Of a stretch of DNA of 32,000 bases, positions 27,392 to 32,000 are shown piece after piece (within the stretch, counting starts at the first letter, position 1; the number at the start of each line of letters is the position of its first letter). The stretch is from the NCBI RefSeq assembly GCF_000619845.1, contig NZ_JHUX01000003.1, forward strand, positions 1,120,064-1,152,063, written 5' to 3'. Position numbers and translations under genes: made by a program. This stretch comes from Alkanindiges illinoisensis DSM 15370. GTDB taxonomy: Bacteria; Pseudomonadota; Gammaproteobacteria; Pseudomonadales; Moraxellaceae. The notes under the pieces were generated by a model, which was given only the letters and a program-made list of their open reading frames with translations, was not told the origin of the DNA and made no database searches.

Positions 27392-27411
27392 AACAGTTTT
27401 AATAGTCAAAT

Positions 27412-27446
27412 AAAAAGCCTGATCAATTAATTTAATCAGGCTTTTT
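27412..27446. terminator. bidirectional intrinsic terminator (hydrolase / CAP gene)
   Basis: aaaagcctgat-caattaattta-atcaggctttt. An 11-bp perfect stem with flanking A and T runs, between convergent genes. Confidence 0.7.
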
Positions 27447-27473
27447 ATTTGGGTCGGCTTTATTCTAATTTTT

Positions 27474-28148
27474 CTAGTTGGTCGCACCAAACTCCTGCGT
27501 CCAGTAGGTTTTAGAGGTTGAATTCGGATTGCTGGCACAGGCCATGCCATACTCCTTAAAGCTGGCATTCATCATGTTGGCGCAATGTCCGGGACTATTA
27601 ATCCAGGCTGTTATCACCTCATCAATACTGTTGTACCCTGCTGCAATATTTTCACCAACTATACGATAATTATAGCCTGCTGCACTGGCGCGAGTGCCAA
27701 TGGTGCTGCCATTTAAGCCTTCATGGGCAAAATAGTTGTTATTGGCCATATCAGTAGAATGACCCTGGGCCGCATTGGCAAGACGGGTATTCCAGCTTAG
27801 GGCACCGACTGCCGGATAAAATGTGCTGCCACAGCTACGGCCCTGACTCCTCACTGCATTGATTTTATCCACCAGCTGCTGCACGGTTGTGCTGTTACCA
27901 CATAAGGATAAAGCAGTACTGCCTGTTGTCGTATCTGGCGCTGGTGCAGGGTCTGGATTATTAGGCGCTGGTGTATTGCTACTGTTCGATCCACTATTGC
28001 CTGAGCCTGAATCACCACCACCGCAGCCTGCCAGCATCAGGGCACCACAGAGTATCAGCGTTGCCAATTTCAGGTGTGTAAGAGCGCTTGTTCTAGCGAG
28101 GGATTGAATTGAGGATTGAACTTGCGTTTCCATGGTAATTTTCATCAT
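27474..28148 (-). CDS. CAP/SCP/PR1-like domain lipoprotein
   Basis: Lipobox L-A-G-C, then a Gly/Ser/Asn/Pro low-complexity linker, then a CAP domain (INAVRSQGRSCG...LSWNTRLANAAQGHSTDMANNNYFAH...GENIAAGY...WINSPGHCANMM). Confidence 0.75.
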   Translation of the reverse strand: MMKITMETQVQSSIQSLARTSALTHLKLATLILCGALMLAGCGGGDSGSGNSGSNSSNTPAPNNPDPAPAPDTTTGSTALSLCGNSTTVQQLVDKINAVRSQGRSCGSTFYPAVGALSWNTRLANAAQGHSTDMANNNYFAHEGLNGSTIGTRASAAGYNYRIVGENIAAGYNSIDEVITAWINSPGHCANMMNASFKEYGMACASNPNSTSKTYWTQEFGATN

Positions 28149-28494
28149 GAACTCCCTGTCATTGCTAGCGCAACTCAGCAGTTATGCAGTTAAATCGTTG
28201 ATGCGATGATTTTTCCAGATAATTATTGAATAATTATTAATCACTTTTAGACGCTACTCACGTAAAAATCATTACCAGTTATTCAACAATATCGTTACTG
28301 CTCAGTAATCCTTTAACAGCATTATGTAGCTGTTTTATAAAATTTAATGCCATTTCTTTTTTAACCAGTTATTGTTTTTTGAAACTTAGGCCAGCCACTG
28401 ATTAATACAACGTTTCAATGGAATGAAGCCAAGCCTGCACACTGCCTTTTAGCCATACAAATACTTTTAGCAAAAGTAGCCACAGAGGTTTGTT

Positions 28495-29010
28495 ATGAAA
28501 ATTAATATTAATAGAACCAATTATGAAGTTGAGGTGGATATACGCACTACCCTGCTGGATTTATGCCGGGAACATCTGGATTTAACGGGTTCAAAAAAAG
28601 GCTGTGATCACGGTCAGTGCGGGGCTTGTACCATGCTGGTTAATGGGCGCCGGATTAATAGCTGCCTGACGCTGGCGGTTATGCATCAGGATGATGAAAT
28701 CATTACCATTGAAGGCATGGGTGCGCCCGGTGCATTGATTCCCATGCAGGAAGCCTTTGTGGAAGAAGATGCCTACCAGTGTGGCTATTGTACTGTAGGT
28801 CAGATTTGCTCGGCTATGGGCATGATTGAAGAATTAAAACAGGGTTGGCCCAGCCATGTGACACAGGCGCTTGACAGCCAGCCTCCTCTCACGGATGAAG
28901 AAATTGCTGAACGCATGAGTGGCAATATTTGTCGCTGTGCAGCCTATCCCAATATTGTCAGGGCAATTAAACGCGTCGCGGCCAGTGCCTTAAGTGAGGA
29001 CAATACATGA
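28495..29010 (+). CDS. molybdenum hydroxylase (xanthine dehydrogenase family) [2Fe-2S] small subunit
   Basis: CDHGQCGACTMLVNG...NSC (plant-type 2Fe-2S), plus CGYCTVGQ and CRCAAYPNI (second 2Fe-2S). No N-terminal Tat or signal extension. Confidence 0.88.
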   Translation: MKININRTNYEVEVDIRTTLLDLCREHLDLTGSKKGCDHGQCGACTMLVNGRRINSCLTLAVMHQDDEIITIEGMGAPGALIPMQEAFVEEDAYQCGYCTVGQICSAMGMIEELKQGWPSHVTQALDSQPPLTDEEIAERMSGNICRCAAYPNIVRAIKRVAASALSEDNT

Positions 29011-30041
29011 AAACCTTTGCTTATTTTCGTGCCGATACGCCTGAACAGGCCCCTCACTTGCTTGCCAGTCAGGTTGACCCAGACCATATAGATGACAATC
29101 AGATACAGGGGAGTCAGGGTGGAAAATACATTGCCGGTGGTACTAACCTGCTGGACCTGATGAAACTGCAAATAGAAACCCCAATTGCCCTGGTTGATAT
29201 TTCACGCCTGCCCTTAACTGATATTGAAGAAACGGCGGATGGTGGCCTGAAGATTGGCGCGGTGGTGACTAATAGCGACCTTGCAGCGCATCCACTAATT
29301 CGTGAGCGATATGCGGTGTTATCGCGCGCCTTGCTGGCAGGTGCTTCCGGCCAGTTGCGCAACAAGGCCAGCACAGGCGGCAATCTGCTCCAGCGCACCC
29401 GCTGTTATTATTTTTATTCACCTACCAGTCCCTGCAACAAGCGTATTCCTGGTTCAGGCTGCCCTGCACGCGAAGGGCGTAACCGCATGCATGCCATATT
29501 GGGAATTAGTGAGCACTGCATTGCGCAGCATCCTTCCGATATGGCAGTTGCCATGCAGGCACTGGATGCCAGTGTAGAAACCCAGCGCGTTGATGGCACT
29601 AGCCGACGTATTGCGCTGGCAGATTTTTATCTGCTGCCCGAAGATCACCCCGAACGTGAAACTGTACTGGAAACAGGTGAACTGATTACCCATATCATTT
29701 TACCGCTGTCGCCTGCCGGACAACATGCCTACCGTAAAGTACGTGATCGCGCTTCCTATGCCTTTGCGCTGGTTTCAGTGGCTGCAGTGATTGATGCAAC
29801 AGCAGGCCAGATTAATAGTGCAAGGCTAGCATTTGGTGGTATTGGGGTAAGGCCATGGCGCAATATGGAAGTAGAACAATTGCTATGCAGCCAGCCTGCA
29901 AGCCCGCAGTTATTTAATCAGGCAGCCGATTTGCTACTCAAGGATGCTAAGGGCTCGGGCGATAATGATTTTAAAATAGCGCTAACCCGTCGGGTTTTGC
30001 TGTCCGTACTTAATGATGCCTGCAAGGGAGAACTGCAATGA
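29007..30041 (+). CDS. molybdenum hydroxylase FAD-binding medium subunit (PaoB/CoxM-like)
   Basis: AGGTNLLDLMK FAD motif and ASTGGNLLQRTRC. ATGA overlaps at both ends (29007-29010 and 30038-30041). Confidence 0.85.
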   Translation: MKTFAYFRADTPEQAPHLLASQVDPDHIDDNQIQGSQGGKYIAGGTNLLDLMKLQIETPIALVDISRLPLTDIEETADGGLKIGAVVTNSDLAAHPLIRERYAVLSRALLAGASGQLRNKASTGGNLLQRTRCYYFYSPTSPCNKRIPGSGCPAREGRNRMHAILGISEHCIAQHPSDMAVAMQALDASVETQRVDGTSRRIALADFYLLPEDHPERETVLETGELITHIILPLSPAGQHAYRKVRDRASYAFALVSVAAVIDATAGQINSARLAFGGIGVRPWRNMEVEQLLCSQPASPQLFNQAADLLLKDAKGSGDNDFKIALTRRVLLSVLNDACKGELQ

Positions 30042-32000
30042 GCGAGACTTCTCAACTGGTGATGGATCAGGCCGTAGAATCACTGCTGGATCGTGTTCCC
30101 AATCCTTGTGTAGGCGAAGAACTAAGCCGGGTGGAAGGCCCACTTAAAGTGAGTGGCTGGGCAACTTATGCGGCTGAATATACGTTTGATGGTGAAGCAT
30201 TGCATGGTTATCTGGTGAGTGCCAGCATTGCCAAAGGTACAGTGGAATCCATTGATGAGAGCAGCGCAACTGCAATTGATGGCGTGGTGGCTGTTATCAC
30301 TGACTTTAAGGCGTTTATTCGCAACTCGCAGCAGGGCGGTGAGAAAAAAGCACCCACGCAGGGGGTTAAGGAAATTTCCTACTTTGGTCAGCCGATTGCA
30401 CTGGTGGTGGCAACCTCGTTTGAGGCAGCGCGTGAAGGCGCAGCAGCCCTTAAAGTGCACTATACCCATGAACAGGGCGCATTTGACTTTATTGCCGAGC
30501 TTGGCAAGCGTGAACCGATTACTTCTGGCAATGACAAGCCCGAGCATAAAAACAACCCGGATGAAGGCTTGGCCACTGCAGCAGTTAAGGTAGATTCCAT
30601 TTATATAACGCCTAGCCAGAACAGTGCTGCCATGGAACCGCATGCCACCATTGCCGAGTGGGATGGCGATCAGCTTATCCTGCACTGCTCCATGCAAATG
30701 CTATCATCCTGCAAGCAGCAGATTTGTGATGCTTTGGGTTTAAAACCGGATAATGTCCGCCTGATTTCACGTTATGTGGGTGGCGGGTTTGGTTCCAAAC
30801 TGGGTATCTCGCCCGAATCGATTGCTGCTGCAATTGCTGCCAAACAGCTTCAGCGCCGCATTAAAGTGGTGATGCACCGGATTCAGGTATTTGAAAGTAC
30901 TGTGCGTCGTACCAATACCCATCAGCGCGTGGCACTGGGCGCTGATCATAATGGACGCATTCATACCATAATCCATAACACGATTTGCACCAATTTGCCC
31001 GGTGAAACATTTTTTGAGCCCACGGCTATTTCCACCCATTTTGCCTATAGCGGCCAAAACCGGGAAGTTAAATATGAAATGGTGCGCATGAATCAGGTAT
31101 TAGCAGGTTCCATGCGCGCACCCGGTGAAGCAGTGGGCATGCTGGCGCTGGAATGTGCGATGGATGAACTGGCCGAAAAACTGGACATGGACCCGGTAGA
31201 GTTGCGCAAACTCAATGACCCGGCCATAGACCCCAGTAAGGGACTTCCCTTTTCTACCCGCAAACTAACTGACACACTGGATTATGGTGCCAAACATTTT
31301 GGCTGGGAAAAACGGCATAAACAACCAGCCAGCCAGCGTGAAGGTGACTGGCTGATAGGCATGGGCATGGCTTCGGCCACCCGCAGCAACCAGCTTAAGG
31401 CATCGGCGGCGCGCGTGACCCTGACACCGGATGCAAAGGCCGTTGTTGAAACGGATATGACCGATATTGGTACTGGCACTTATACCGTGTTAACCCAGAT
31501 TGCCGCTGACATGCTGGGGTTACCTGTATCGCAGGTTGACGTTCGGCTGGGCGATACCGATTTTCCACCGGCTGCCGGTTCAGGTGGTAGCGTTGGCGCC
31601 TGTAGCTCGGGTAGCTCGGTTTATCTGGCCTGTCAAGAAATTCGTGCAACACTGGCAAAAGCGCTGGGTGTTGAAGAAGACAACTTAACCCTGCAAGCCG
31701 GACAAGCCAGCGGCAATGGCATGAGCAAGGCAATTTCCGAACTGATTCAGGAAAATATTGTGGCCATGGGCCAGATTGAACCCGGCAAAACCAGCAAGGA
31801 ATACACTCAGGCCAGTTATGGGGCACATTTTGCCGAAGTGGCCGTTAATGTGGTGACAGGTGAAACCCGGATTCGCCGCATGCTGGGCGTGTTTGCAGCC
31901 GGACGCATTCTCAATGAAAAAACTGCACGCTCGCAATGTTATGGCGGTATGATTTTTGGCATTGGTGCAGCACTCATGGAAGAACTCCTGCATGACCCGC
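30038..32000 (+). CDS. molybdenum hydroxylase molybdopterin-binding large subunit, 3'-truncated by the window end
   Basis: Not in the ORF track because no stop is reached. My own translation from ATG 30038 gives MSETSQLVMDQAVESLLDRVPNPCVGEELSRVEGPLKVSGWATYAAEY... The frame stays open to 32000, ending ...YGGMIFGIGAALMEELLHDP, a typical XDH-family active-site region. Confidence 0.85.
   Translation, partial: MSETSQLVMDQAVESLLDRVPNPCVGEELSRVEGPLKVSGWATYAAEYTFDGEALHGYLVSASIAKGTVESIDESSATAIDGVVAVITDFKAFIRNSQQGGEKKAPTQGVKEISYFGQPIALVVATSFEAAREGAAALKVHYTHEQGAFDFIAELGKREPITSGNDKPEHKNNPDEGLATAAVKVDSIYITPSQNSAAMEPHATIAEWDGDQLILHCSMQMLSSCKQQICDALGLKPDNVRLISRYVGGGFGSKLGISPESIAAAIAAKQLQRRIKVVMHRIQVFESTVRRTNTHQRVALGADHNGRIHTIIHNTICTNLPGETFFEPTAISTHFAYSGQNREVKYEMVRMNQVLAGSMRAPGEAVGMLALECAMDELAEKLDMDPVELRKLNDPAIDPSKGLPFSTRKLTDTLDYGAKHFGWEKRHKQPASQREGDWLIGMGMASATRSNQLKASAARVTLTPDAKAVVETDMTDIGTGTYTVLTQIAADMLGLPVSQVDVRLGDTDFPPAAGSGGSVGACSSGSSVYLACQEIRATLAKALGVEEDNLTLQAGQASGNGMSKAISELIQENIVAMGQIEPGKTSKEYTQASYGAHFAEVAVNVVTGETRIRRMLGVFAAGRILNEKTARSQCYGGMIFGIGAALMEELLHDP

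Noticed and set aside
28295-28308. ttactg-ct-cagtaa palindrome resembling LexA SOS-box half-sites (TACTG...CAGTA)
   Set aside because: The half-sites are separated by 2 nt rather than the 10 nt of the gammaproteobacterial SOS box, and no SOS gene is adjacent.
30122-31993. Several minus-strand ORFs from the track (30122-30697, 30767-31057, 31395-31826, 31685-31993)
   Set aside because: The plus-strand frame starting at 30038 encodes a recognisable molybdopterin large subunit across this whole interval. The track lists only these antisense ORFs because the real gene has no stop inside the window.
1-32000. Search for CRISPR repeats, IS/transposon ends, integrase or att sites, tRNA/rRNA genes, toxin-antitoxin or defence-type genes
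   Set aside because: None was seen. There are no arrays of regularly spaced repeats, no long terminal inverted repeats and no recombinase-like ORFs. Every intergenic region over 150 nt is AT-rich promoter or terminator DNA, not a structured GC-rich RNA gene.

Overview
Chromosomal, mostly housekeeping window with about 30 protein-coding genes. I saw no rRNA, tRNA, CRISPR array, IS element or transposase, integrase, or obvious defence genes. The gene content suggests a gammaproteobacterium of the Pseudomonadales/Moraxellales type, but that is inference only: rodA-mltB-rlpA, map divergent from rpsB-tsf, an AlgW-sized DegS protease, and serC near gyrA. Left to right: unknown 219-aa helical protein; rodA-mltB, then rlpA; DUF962/Mpo1-like membrane protein; TTG-initiated lipoprotein; tsf and rpsB (minus); map; DegS/AlgW-type protease (minus); NIF3/YbgI-like protein; 2-Cys peroxiredoxin; sodB; patatin-like lipoprotein; greB; MltF-like transglycosylase; GNAT and serC (minus); ZIP metal transporter; gyrA (minus); a three-gene minus-strand operon of PspA/IM30-like, YqiJ-like and YqiK/flotillin; etfB-etfA (minus); PF10118-type metal-dependent hydrolase; CAP/SCP-domain lipoprotein (minus); and a three-subunit molybdenum hydroxylase whose large subunit runs off the window end and is missing from the ORF track. 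Many gene pairs are separated by clear hairpin plus T-tract terminators, several of them bidirectional. The two most unusual observations are these. (1) A PspA/IM30 (ESCRT-III-like) gene is translationally coupled to a yqiJ-yqiK (NfeD-like plus SPFH/flotillin) pair, with none of the classical psp partners nearby. (2) GyrA is about 1022 aa. It carries a roughly 100-aa helical insertion and a roughly 28-aa acidic insertion in the C-terminal domain, plus a long acidic tail. I do not see a clearly novel multi-gene system beyond the PspA-flotillin module. All product calls rest on motif and sequence recall, not on database searches.
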